Origin: Cupriavidus necator
GTDB lineage: Bacteria; Pseudomonadota; Gammaproteobacteria; Burkholderiales; Burkholderiaceae
Direction: 5' to 3'
Length of the DNA stretch: 32,000 nucleotides
Assembly (NCBI RefSeq): GCF_016127575.1
Contig: NZ_CP066019.1
Location: 2,820,001 to 2,852,000, forward strand
Notes under the pieces: model-generated
The model's database searches: none
Told to the model about the DNA's origin: nothing
What the model saw: only the letters and a program-made list of their open reading frames with translations
In this document: one piece after another, positions 21,772-29,775 of the stretch
How the letters are laid out: every line of letters starts with the position of its first letter
Numbering within the stretch: position 1 is the stretch's first letter
Program-made: the position numbers and the translations under genes

Positions 21772-22785
21772 ATGGCTACCAAACTGAAGAGCCTCAAGGC
21801 TGGCATGCTGGCCGGCATGGCGGCCGAAAAGACCCGCAACGATACGCTGGACCGCTTCGCTCGCGCGGAAGCGGCCATTTCCCAGCATCCGAATGGATTG
21901 CTGCAGGGCAGGGGAGCCGATGGCGCGCCCGTTTTCAGCGCTGAAAGTCTTGGCGAAGCCGCCGCGGGCCGGCAGCTGATCAGGATTCCGCTGGAGCAAC
22001 TGCACGACAATCCTCTCAACGCGCGGCGCCTCTACGATCCCGCCGTGGTGCAGGAGCGGGCGGCATCCATTGCCACGCACGGCCAGAAGACCCCCGGCCT
22101 GGCCGCGCCCGATCCGGCGCGCCCCGGCCATTACATCCTGATCGACGGTCATTACCGCAAGCGAGCTCTGGCGTCTGCCGGCAAGCTCGAGATGGAATGT
22201 TTTGTCGAAAACGACCTGAGCGACCTGGACTTCTACCGGCTGTCGTTCATGCTCAACGAGCAGCGCTCGGACCAGTCAGCGCTGGACAATGCGATCGCCT
22301 GGCGCCAGTTGCTGGACGAAGGCAAGGTCCAGAAGGAAGAGGAAATCTGCGAGCTGACCGGCATGTCGGCCGGCACCGTGAACAAGACGCTGGCGCTGCT
22401 GCGCCTGCCCGAGTCCGTGCTGGGCGTGATGCGCGAGCGCCCGAGCGCGATCGGCATCGCCGCGGGCTATGAGCTGACGCTGTACTGCAAGCTGGCGGGC
22501 GAGGAGCGCACGCGCGAACTGGCGGCGCGCATCATCAATGACGGCCTGTCGAGCCGCGAGGTTGAAGCCATCCGCAAGCACGCGCAGGAAGGCAAGGCGC
22601 GCAAGGTCAAGGAAATCAGCCGGCAATACAAGATCCGGACCGACAGCGGCCAGTTGCTGGGCACCATCAAGGAATGGGACTCGGGACGCGTGATGCTGGA
22701 CGTGCAGCTGAGCGACCGCAGTGCCCGCGAGGCGCTGGTCGAGGCCCTGAAGGCCCGCTTCGGGCTGGACAACACGCTGCTCTGA
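21772..22785 (+). CDS. parB: ParB partition protein
   Basis: Starts 2 nt after the parA stop. It carries the ParB-box region IPLEQLHDNPLNARR and GHYILIDGHYRKRA, and an HTH reading EEICELTGMSAGTVNKTLALLRLP. Confidence 0.93.
   Translation: MATKLKSLKAGMLAGMAAEKTRNDTLDRFARAEAAISQHPNGLLQGRGADGAPVFSAESLGEAAAGRQLIRIPLEQLHDNPLNARRLYDPAVVQERAASIATHGQKTPGLAAPDPARPGHYILIDGHYRKRALASAGKLEMECFVENDLSDLDFYRLSFMLNEQRSDQSALDNAIAWRQLLDEGKVQKEEEICELTGMSAGTVNKTLALLRLPESVLGVMRERPSAIGIAAGYELTLYCKLAGEERTRELAARIINDGLSSREVEAIRKHAQEGKARKVKEISRQYKIRTDSGQLLGTIKEWDSGRVMLDVQLSDRSAREALVEALKARFGLDNTLL
21933..21946. promoter_or_regulatory. second copy of the palindrome core TTTCAGCGCTGAAA, candidate parS
   Basis: A perfect 14-bp palindrome inside the 5' part of parB (codons PVFSAES). 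Confidence 0.5.
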
Positions 22786-22836
22786 GCCGGGCAGGCAAGC
22801 CATGGCGCCGCTGCGGCAGCATTGCCGCCGCAGCGC

Positions 22837-24420
22837 TCAAGCCAGCAGGTCGCGCGGCGAGCGCGCGCCAAACTCCGGATCACAGGTCTTGCGGTAGCGC
22901 TCAAGCATGCTGGACAGCAGGGCATGCAGGCCACGCACCGAGTAGCCGGCCAGCGGCAATGCCGCCAGCTTGCGCTGCGCGCGCCGGGTCGGCGGCGCGG
23001 CCGGTGGACCGATCAGCGAGGCGTCTTCTGTGCCCGCACCGTCCCACTGGAGGTTGCGGTCACGCCAATGCCGGGCCAGCGCGTGCTGCGTGGCCAGGCC
23101 AAAGCCGGGCGTTCCGTCTGGCACAATGCTTTCCACACCGTCTTCCGGAACCCGCGCAGGCTGCTGCATCGGCGCCAGCGAACGCCGCGTGACCGAGGTC
23201 AGCCGGTCCAGGCTGAGCCGGTGTTCCCGCAACAGCAGGATTGCCGCATGGGCGGTCCGGTAGCGCTGGCCATCGTCGTCGCCGCCCCGGTGTTCCAGCC
23301 ATGACAGGAAGGGAGCCAGGCTGGCCTCGGGAACCTGCAAGGTGTCCGGCCGCGCCGCCTCCGTTGCCGCCGAGGCATCGGTGCCGTCCGGGATCCGGGC
23401 TGGCCAGAGCGCTGTGACCGGGTAGCCGTTGGCATGCATCCAGCGGAACAGGGCGGCCAGCACCCGCATGCTATGCCGCACGCTTGCCGGACTGAGCGGG
23501 CCGGTGAACGGACGCCAGCCGGCCAGGTGGCGCGGTGCCCGCGGTCCGCACCAGCGGCTGCCCGGTTCGGGCTGCGCCAGGAAGCCCAGGTAGGCCCGGC
23601 GGTCGTCCAGATCGAGCTGCGACAGGCCCTTGCGCCGCTCCAGTGCTGCCCATAGCAGCAAGCGCTCCGCCTCCTTGCGGTAGGCCGAGAACGTGCTGCC
23701 GCTGTCGCCGGCGGCATCGCGCAGCCAGGCCTGGACGACGTCGAGGCCCTGACTGTACGGGCAGCTGGCGTCAGCGGCTAACGCGGGCGACGCGGTCATC
23801 CATTCCAGCGGCAACGGCTGGCGCATCCCTGGTCCCAGCCTGCCTCGCTCGAGCAGAGTCCGGTTGCCGACGTGCGCGCCCAGCAGCGGCTTGCCGTCCG
23901 GGTCCCGGAAGGCAGCACGGTTCTCGCTGAGCCAGCGGTTGACGGCCGCGCCGGCAAGCGCGCCAATGCGCGGGACGGCCCGCCACCAGGCGCTGCCGCG
24001 TCGGTTTGCAAGCTCAAAAAGAGAATTAAGGGTCACAATTTCAGCCTTGCGCAAGCGTCGCGCCAAGGCTGGTGCAAACCACAACTCCACGCCGTGCTGG
24101 GGGCGCGGCGCCGCCGTACCCAACCGTTCGAGCTCAGCCAGCGCGTCGACGCGGCGATCCATGCCGCGGTTGGAGCGGCCAGGGCCGGCCAGCAGCAGTT
24201 CGGCCAGGTCCGCCCGTCCGTGCAGGTGCGCGAGCTGGACCATCCGGTCGCGCAGGGCAAGCAGGATCCGCAGCGCAGACTCGGCCCCGGCTTCGTCGTC
24301 ATCGGCTTCGTCGGCCAGGTAGCGGGGCACCACCATGGCCGCCGGCATGCCCTGCACATAGGCGCGTACCGCCGCAAATTCGCTGCGGGTGAGGCTGACC
24401 ATCATCATTCCAGGAATCAT
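22837..24420 (-). CDS. large integrase/tyrosine-recombinase-like protein (527 aa)
   Basis: Single long ORF with good coding appearance. The N-terminal half (TRSEFAAVRAYVQG...VTLNSLFELANRRGSAWWRAVPRIG) and the central FSAYRKEAERLLLWAALERRKGLSQL (SAM-like core-binding flavour) recall the putative phage integrase family that often sits next to parAB on Burkholderiaceae secondary replicons. I could not identify the catalytic R-H-R-Y residues confidently. Confidence 0.6.
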   Translation of the reverse strand: MIPGMMMVSLTRSEFAAVRAYVQGMPAAMVVPRYLADEADDDEAGAESALRILLALRDRMVQLAHLHGRADLAELLLAGPGRSNRGMDRRVDALAELERLGTAAPRPQHGVELWFAPALARRLRKAEIVTLNSLFELANRRGSAWWRAVPRIGALAGAAVNRWLSENRAAFRDPDGKPLLGAHVGNRTLLERGRLGPGMRQPLPLEWMTASPALAADASCPYSQGLDVVQAWLRDAAGDSGSTFSAYRKEAERLLLWAALERRKGLSQLDLDDRRAYLGFLAQPEPGSRWCGPRAPRHLAGWRPFTGPLSPASVRHSMRVLAALFRWMHANGYPVTALWPARIPDGTDASAATEAARPDTLQVPEASLAPFLSWLEHRGGDDDGQRYRTAHAAILLLREHRLSLDRLTSVTRRSLAPMQQPARVPEDGVESIVPDGTPGFGLATQHALARHWRDRNLQWDGAGTEDASLIGPPAAPPTRRAQRKLAALPLAGYSVRGLHALLSSMLERYRKTCDPEFGARSPRDLLA

Positions 24421-24919
24421 CGGCAGGTATGCGCTGAATGGCTAACTTCTTGATTTATAAGGCACTTGAAGCGAGCGAGAATTCATCCGGCCCGAAATGC
24501 ATAGATAAATACAATGCCGATAATTTTATGCGCGTTTTCACTGGAAAGTCATCCCCGCTGCCCTTGTGGCATCCGTATGCTGGTGTCAGGCAGTGCTCGG
24601 GGAAAACCCGCCGCAGCGCACCATCACCTTGCATTCGACCTACGCGTTTCATATGCTGCAGGTCAGGAGTTATAAATACTTAGATCAGACTTCAGTCGCA
24701 TCTAAGACTCTTTCTACATAAGCGTCTTAACACGCAAAACGGGGCGATCCGGTATCTCCACGGGAAGGACGGACCTGCAGCCTGACGGGAAGGCTGCCGG
24801 GCGGTCTGGAGCGATGGCGGATCGTATGGAAGTGCAACCGCAAGATAGCGGAGCATTTCCGACAAGCAAGCGCGGATTGTCGCAGGGTCCGAACTTGCCG
24901 CAATAATAAGAGAGCGGCC

Positions 24920-25780
24920 ATGGCCACCATCCTCTTGATCGAGCCTCACCCCCTCCTGCGCCTGGGTCTGCGCCATCTGCTGGCCCAAGCACATATTCCT
25001 GGTGACCTGATCGATATCGATCCCCTCGCCCCAGTCGATTCAGATTTGTGGCTGTACGATGCCGACCTGCTGATCTATGGCCTGCCAGCCGATCACGCCG
25101 GCGGCTGGGCCATGCTGGAGGAACTGTGCCAGCGGCTACGCCCGCAGCGCGTGCTGGTCCTCAGCGATCAGGCGGCCCCATCGCTGCCGGATGCAGGCTT
25201 GCCTGACCCGGTGCGCGGCTGCGTGGCCAAGAGCTGCAGTGCGGATGCGCTCGATGCCGCGGTGCGCCTGGTGCTGGCCGGCGGCGAGTGCTTCCCGGCG
25301 CGTGCCCAAGGCAGCCACCATGCCTGGCAATCGGAACTCGATGCCGGCCATACCCCGGTGGCAAGCAGCGCAGGGCAGGGCGAGGCCCGGGTCGTGGCGC
25401 TGCGCGCAGGCATCGGCGAGGCCGTGCTCGAGCATGCGGTGCCCGCGCCCCAGCGCCATTTCCAGGCGCACGCGACGTACCACGAAACCCCGTCGGCCGG
25501 CGCGCACCTGCTGAACATCACCGAACGCCAGTACGAAGTGCTGGCGCTGCTGGCTCGGGGCTATCCCATCAAGACGGTCAGCCGCATGCTGAATATCTCG
25601 GTGGCCACCGCGAAGACGCATGCCTGCACGCTGTACCAGCGCCTGCACGTACGCAACAAGGGCGAAGCCGTCTACGTTGCCCTGCAGAAGGGTGCCACGC
25701 TCAACTGGGCCGGGCCCGCCACGCCCGTCAATCCGGTGACCCGGGTGCCGGCACCTGATCCCACCTGCCAGGCTGCGTGA
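24920..25780 (+). CDS. LuxR/FixJ-family regulator with a degenerate (pseudo) receiver domain
   Basis: AAGAGAG RBS. The C-terminal GerE-type HTH reads ITERQYEVLALLARGYPIKTVSRMLNISVATAKTHACTLYQRL. The N-terminal receiver fold keeps the Ser (VLVLSD) and Lys (GCVAKS). The DD pair is replaced (LLIEPHP), and the phospho-acceptor position reads LLIYGLP. Confidence 0.85.
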   Translation: MATILLIEPHPLLRLGLRHLLAQAHIPGDLIDIDPLAPVDSDLWLYDADLLIYGLPADHAGGWAMLEELCQRLRPQRVLVLSDQAAPSLPDAGLPDPVRGCVAKSCSADALDAAVRLVLAGGECFPARAQGSHHAWQSELDAGHTPVASSAGQGEARVVALRAGIGEAVLEHAVPAPQRHFQAHATYHETPSAGAHLLNITERQYEVLALLARGYPIKTVSRMLNISVATAKTHACTLYQRLHVRNKGEAVYVALQKGATLNWAGPATPVNPVTRVPAPDPTCQAA

Positions 25781-26017
25781 CGGGTGGCGGCGCGGCGTTC
25801 ACGGGTCGCGCCTCATCCTTCTGGCGTGCGGCTCTCGGCCAAAAGCATGAGGCAATGGCAGCGGCGGCTTGCTACCTTGTGATGAAAGGCATCTGCAGAC
25901 ACTTTTTCCGGCGGCTGGCGCTGCCCTGATGCCCTGCAAGGCGGGCCGCCCCGCGGCCCGGATCCCGACCCGGTGGCAAGCGCATCTGCGGCCCGGGCCA
26001 GCTGCCAGACCGAGTCA

Positions 26018-26476
26018 ATGCCGACCTATCTCATCGCCAGCAATGAAATGATGTGCCGTGTCCTGGCGCGTCGCCTGAACGCACTGGACGTGCCGCAGCC
26101 GATCACGTGGCGCACGCCGCAGTGGCTGCATGAATCGGCGCGCGCATCGACGCAGGCTTCGTCATCGGAGCCATCGCCGGACCCGGCCGATATCGCGCTG
26201 ATCGATTGCAGCGCACTGGAGGGCGACCCGCGTGCGTTGCTGGACCAGCTGCAGGCACGCCTGGCGCCACGGCGCTGGCTGGTGCTGTCCGATCGCCTCG
26301 ATGCCTCGCTGATGCTGCATGCCGCGCTGCTCGGTGCCAGCGGGTGTCTCGCGCTGCCGGCACCGGTTGAACTGGTCTGCGCCGCCACCGCGCTGGTGTG
26401 GGCCGGCGGCCAGTGCTTTCCGCGCATGGCGCTGTCACTGACGGGCGCCAACGGGGCCACCTCCTCCCTCCTTTGA
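26018..26476 (+). CDS. stand-alone receiver-like protein (pseudo-receiver), paralogous to the N-domain of the preceding gene
   Basis: Within track ORF 25973..26476. It shares RWLVLSD and ALVWAGGQCFP with the LuxR protein (RVLVLSD, RLVLAGGECFP). The acidic pair is replaced (LIASNE) and the conserved Lys is absent (GCLALP). The start is either ATG 26018 or GTG 25973. Confidence 0.55.
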   Translation: MPTYLIASNEMMCRVLARRLNALDVPQPITWRTPQWLHESARASTQASSSEPSPDPADIALIDCSALEGDPRALLDQLQARLAPRRWLVLSDRLDASLMLHAALLGASGCLALPAPVELVCAATALVWAGGQCFPRMALSLTGANGATSSLL

Positions 26477-26599
26477 GCGAGCAGACCTACATCCACCGTA
26501 GGAGTGCGCATCGCACCTGATTGCCTATGCTTGATTCGCCCGGAGGCAGAAGCCAGCCCAGTTTGCAGGCAGGCCGCCCTGGGGAAGTAAGGGGGTCAT

Positions 26600-26914
26600 A
26601 TGGAGGCCGGACTGGAATTCCTCGTCGTTCGCGGCTTTGCTGTGCGCGAAGGCAGAGGCAAGTGGGCGTGCTGCTTCGAGATCAGGCTGGCTGCCAGCCT
26701 TGACCATGGTTGCCACGCGGGTGCCAACGAGGGCAGCGATGAGCCGCTGCTCTATCGCGGTGAACTGCACGGGCGTCAGTTTGACTGCGAGCTGGCCGCC
26801 GCCGACGCGGCCCGCGCGGCCGGCGAGCGCGAAGCGCGGCTGCGTGTGGAAAGCCTGAGGGCGCTGATCATTTCTCAGCATCGGCATCGCGTGCCGCCAC
26901 CACTCGTGGCCTGA
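26600..26914 (+). CDS. hypothetical protein (104 aa)
   Basis: AAGGGGG lies 5 nt upstream of the ATG. Third-position GC is high, and a strong hairpin follows. No recognised family. Confidence 0.45.
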   Translation: MEAGLEFLVVRGFAVREGRGKWACCFEIRLAASLDHGCHAGANEGSDEPLLYRGELHGRQFDCELAAADAARAAGEREARLRVESLRALIISQHRHRVPPPLVA

Positions 26915-26939
26915 ACCAGCAGGCATCCAGCGAGAATCA

Positions 26940-26990
26940 GGCACAGTGGCACCCGGCGGCCTCGCCGGGTGCCACTGTGCCTTTGTCATT
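26940..26990 (+). terminator. long perfect hairpin (19-bp stem), probable terminator
   Basis: GGCACAGTGGCACCCGGCG-GCCT-CGCCGGGTGCCACTGTGCC followed by TTTGTCATT, 26 bp after the stop at 26914. Confidence 0.55.
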
Positions 26991-27481
26991 CTCTTCGTCG
27001 TCGCGCAGCTTGCCAAAATGAAAATCGCCCAGTTGGGGCGATTTCATGGCAAGGTATTTGCGGAACAGGACACCAGCCGGCGAGCCAAAAAAGAAGCCCG
27101 CCGACCGGGGGACCATGCGGGCTTTGAAGGCGTGCGGGCCATACTGCCCGCCCACACGTCTCCTTGACGATAACCAATCAGTTCGCAGTCCTCCATCAAC
27201 CAGAAGCACCATGCGCGCATATTTGCGGCTGAGTGCCCCCCTGAACCGCCTGAACCCTTTGCGGGTTTGTGCGCCGTCCAACAGACTGGCCAGAACCGCG
27301 CGCGCCAAGATCGCCATCATGGCCAATGGCAGCAAGTATCTGGCTCGGGTTCAGGGGGAGACGGAAAAATGACTGGTGTCAGCGCTCGGCCTGCCGTATC
27401 GCTCGTCAGGCACGCGCGCGGGCCCGGCATGGGCCGTCCGTACCCGCTCATGAAGCGGCATGGCAGGCGCGGAGGTCACTA

Positions 27482-28465
27482 GTGCACGGCGACACCAGGA
27501 TGCGTGGACGGGGCGGACCAGGATTGCGCGGCGGCAATCCGGTGTGGTCGCACGTCAACTGCCATATCGACCTTTGGATCGAGCTGCTGCACGGGCTGGA
27601 CCTGCCGCCGGTCGCGGCACTGGCCTGCGCGGTGCGGCAGGACTTCGAGGCCGACCACTTCACGCAGTGCCGCTTTCCGGATGCCGACCTGGAGCGGCTG
27701 TACGGCCTCACCGTGCACGCCCTGACGTTCTACGACTCGCTCGAGTCGCACGTTGCGGCACAGACCTCGCGCGGCCATATCGTCGTGATGGAGCTGGACA
27801 GCAGCCAGCTGCCGCCACCCCGCGGCGCCGGCTACCTGCGCCATTGCATGCCCACCTGCATTGCCATCGATGTGTTGATCCCCGAAGCCGGCGCTGTCGG
27901 CTACTACCACTCCGACGGCTACCACACCGCGACCGGCGAGGACTACGCCGCCATCATTCGCCTGGCACCGGGCGTGCGCAGTGCCGACGCGCTGCCCTTC
28001 ATGCACGCCGATGTGGTCCGCCGCAACGGGCATCCGCACGCTGCCGAGACGCTGCTCGAGGCCTCGCTGGCATTGCTGCGCTTTCACCTGGGCAACCGTC
28101 CGCGCGAGAACCCCGTCACAATGTTTCGCGCGGTATTTCCCCAGCATCTCGAGCGGCTGATGGCGCGCGGGGAACCGGGCTTTCACCACTACGCGTCGGG
28201 CGTGCTGCGCCAGCTCGGCGCCAATTTCGAGCTGCTGGCGCGCTACCTGCGCTGGCTGGTGATGCACGGGCAGGAGGTGCCCGAGAAGGCGGCACAAGCC
28301 TGCTACACCATGGCCTCGGAGGCGATGGTGATGCAGTTCCGCCTGATGCGCGCGGTCATCAGCCGCAAGCCGGACCGTTGCGAAGACTGCCTGGACCAGC
28401 TCGAAGCCTCATACCTGGCCAGCGTGCCGTTGCTGGCCGCGCATTTCGGCGAGTTCAAGCCATGA
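27482..28465 (+). CDS. DUF1839-like protein (327 aa)
   Basis: GTG start with GGAGG 6 nt upstream. WSHVNCHIDLWIELLHGLDLPP...DFEADHFTQCRFPDADLERLYGL matches my recollection of the DUF1839 N-terminal signature (W.ETNCYVDLWIE.LH). The length fits the ~320 aa family. HMM confirmation is needed. Confidence 0.65.
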   Translation: MHGDTRMRGRGGPGLRGGNPVWSHVNCHIDLWIELLHGLDLPPVAALACAVRQDFEADHFTQCRFPDADLERLYGLTVHALTFYDSLESHVAAQTSRGHIVVMELDSSQLPPPRGAGYLRHCMPTCIAIDVLIPEAGAVGYYHSDGYHTATGEDYAAIIRLAPGVRSADALPFMHADVVRRNGHPHAAETLLEASLALLRFHLGNRPRENPVTMFRAVFPQHLERLMARGEPGFHHYASGVLRQLGANFELLARYLRWLVMHGQEVPEKAAQACYTMASEAMVMQFRLMRAVISRKPDRCEDCLDQLEASYLASVPLLAAHFGEFKP

Positions 28466-28656
28466 GTCGGCAGATCCTGCCTGCAGCGGGCAACACTTGG
28501 CTGGTGTGCCGCCTCCGGCGTCTGGCACAGAACCGGTTCGATCCGGCGCCGGGGGCAACCCGGTGCATCCGCCTTTTGCACGATATCCCGGGTCTCATGC
28601 CGACAGCGGAGGGCATGCCATGCATCCAGCCTTGCGTGCCTGCCGTGACTGACTAG
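28462..28656 (+). CDS. possible translationally coupled small ORF (64 aa)
   Basis: Its ATG overlaps the DUF1839 stop (ATGA). The product is Cys/Arg/Pro-rich with no recognised motif. It could be a gene remnant or non-coding. Confidence 0.25.
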   Translation: MSRQILPAAGNTWLVCRLRRLAQNRFDPAPGATRCIRLLHDIPGLMPTAEGMPCIQPCVPAVTD

Positions 28657-28974
28657 CCCGTAACAGCTTCCATCTGCCGTGCCGCCTCGCCTCGTATGGC
28701 GGCGGCGGACATCGCAGCCGCCGCGGCGCATGGAGCCCTTGTCAGCGCCCGCTTCACTCTCGCCTTTCCGTCCAACCTCCCGATGGATGACCGTTCCCCA
28801 GCCGTTCGCCTACTGTCGGAGCGCGCTGCCATGACGCTAAATAGAGGCACTGGCTTGCAAAGAGCGCCGCACCTGGGTCGGCGGCGCAGCCAGCCGGTTC
28901 TCGGAAAGCAGTCGTGCCGAGCCAGGCCGGCAGAGCGTTGTTCCCGGACTCGGGATTGGACAGGGGGTACGAAA

Positions 28975-29697
28975 ATGATTACGCATCGATCGGATCTGCA
29001 TGTCAATCACCTGCTCAGCGCGCTGCCGCGCGGCGAGTGGGAGACGCTGGCGCAGCACTTCGAGCTGGTCCGTCTGCGCGCCGGCGAACTCCTGACTGAT
29101 TCCGGCCAGCGCATCGTCCATGTCTATTTCCCGACCACCGCGGTGGTATCGCTGCTGTCGCTGCTGGAGGACGGCGCGACGGTCGAGATCGCCGCGGTCG
29201 GAAACGAAGGGCTGGTCGGCATCCCGGTGGTCACCGGCGGCGACACCATGCCCAGCCGGGTGGAAGTGCGCAGCCCCGGAATGGCCTATCGCATTCCCGC
29301 GCGCCTGCTGCGCGGCGACCTGCCGCGCCTGCCCACGCTGCAGCGCGTGACGCTGCTGTACGTGCAGGCCATGCTCACGCAGATCGCACAGACCGCGGCC
29401 TGCAACCGCCACCACTCCCTGAACAAGCAACTGTGCCGCTGGCTGCTGCTGGCCATCGACCGGCTCAGCTCCAACGAGCTGGTGATTACCCAGCAGGTCA
29501 TCGCCAACATGCTCGGCGTGCGCCGCGAAGGCGTGACCGAAGCGGCCGGCAAGCTGGAAGACCTGGGCCTGATCCACCACAGCCGCGGCCATATCACCGT
29601 GCTTGACCGCTGCGGGCTGGAGAAGCATTCGTGCGAGTGCTACAAGCTGGTCAAGCGCGAGTATGACCGCCTGCTGCCCGCGCTGGCCAGCGCCTGA
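28975..29697 (+). CDS. Crp/Fnr-family transcriptional regulator
   Basis: Track ORF trimmed to MITHRSDLH, with AGGGGG upstream. It has a cNMP-binding-like N-domain and a C-terminal HTH reading ITQQVIANMLGVRREGVTEAAGKLEDLGLI. Length is 240 aa. Confidence 0.88.
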   Translation: MITHRSDLHVNHLLSALPRGEWETLAQHFELVRLRAGELLTDSGQRIVHVYFPTTAVVSLLSLLEDGATVEIAAVGNEGLVGIPVVTGGDTMPSRVEVRSPGMAYRIPARLLRGDLPRLPTLQRVTLLYVQAMLTQIAQTAACNRHHSLNKQLCRWLLLAIDRLSSNELVITQQVIANMLGVRREGVTEAAGKLEDLGLIHHSRGHITVLDRCGLEKHSCECYKLVKREYDRLLPALASA

Positions 29698-29775
29698 GCG
29701 GCACGCTTCGGCGCGTGTGGCCTGCGAAGCGCGGCGTGTATACGCCGCGCCGATCCCATTTGAGGAGCTGTAGTC

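Noticed and set aside
24438-24683. 81-aa ORF in the low-GC spacer after the integrase-like gene
   Set aside because: It has no RBS, its codon usage is atypical for the genome, its product shows no recognisable features, and the region behaves as promoter/spacer DNA.
24733-24749. CGCAAAACGGGGCGATC as a possible right-side iteron copy, or part of a c-di-GMP-type riboswitch
   Set aside because: It needs an indel and lacks the GGTACGC arm, so it is not a credible iteron. I also could not align the surrounding sequence to any riboswitch consensus from memory, so no RNA-family call is made.
22837-29700. Integrase-bounded genomic island hypothesis
   Set aside because: There is no adjacent tRNA/tmRNA gene, no flanking direct repeats that I could find, no phage/IS/conjugation genes, and no sustained compositional shift apart from one ~300-bp AT-richer spacer.
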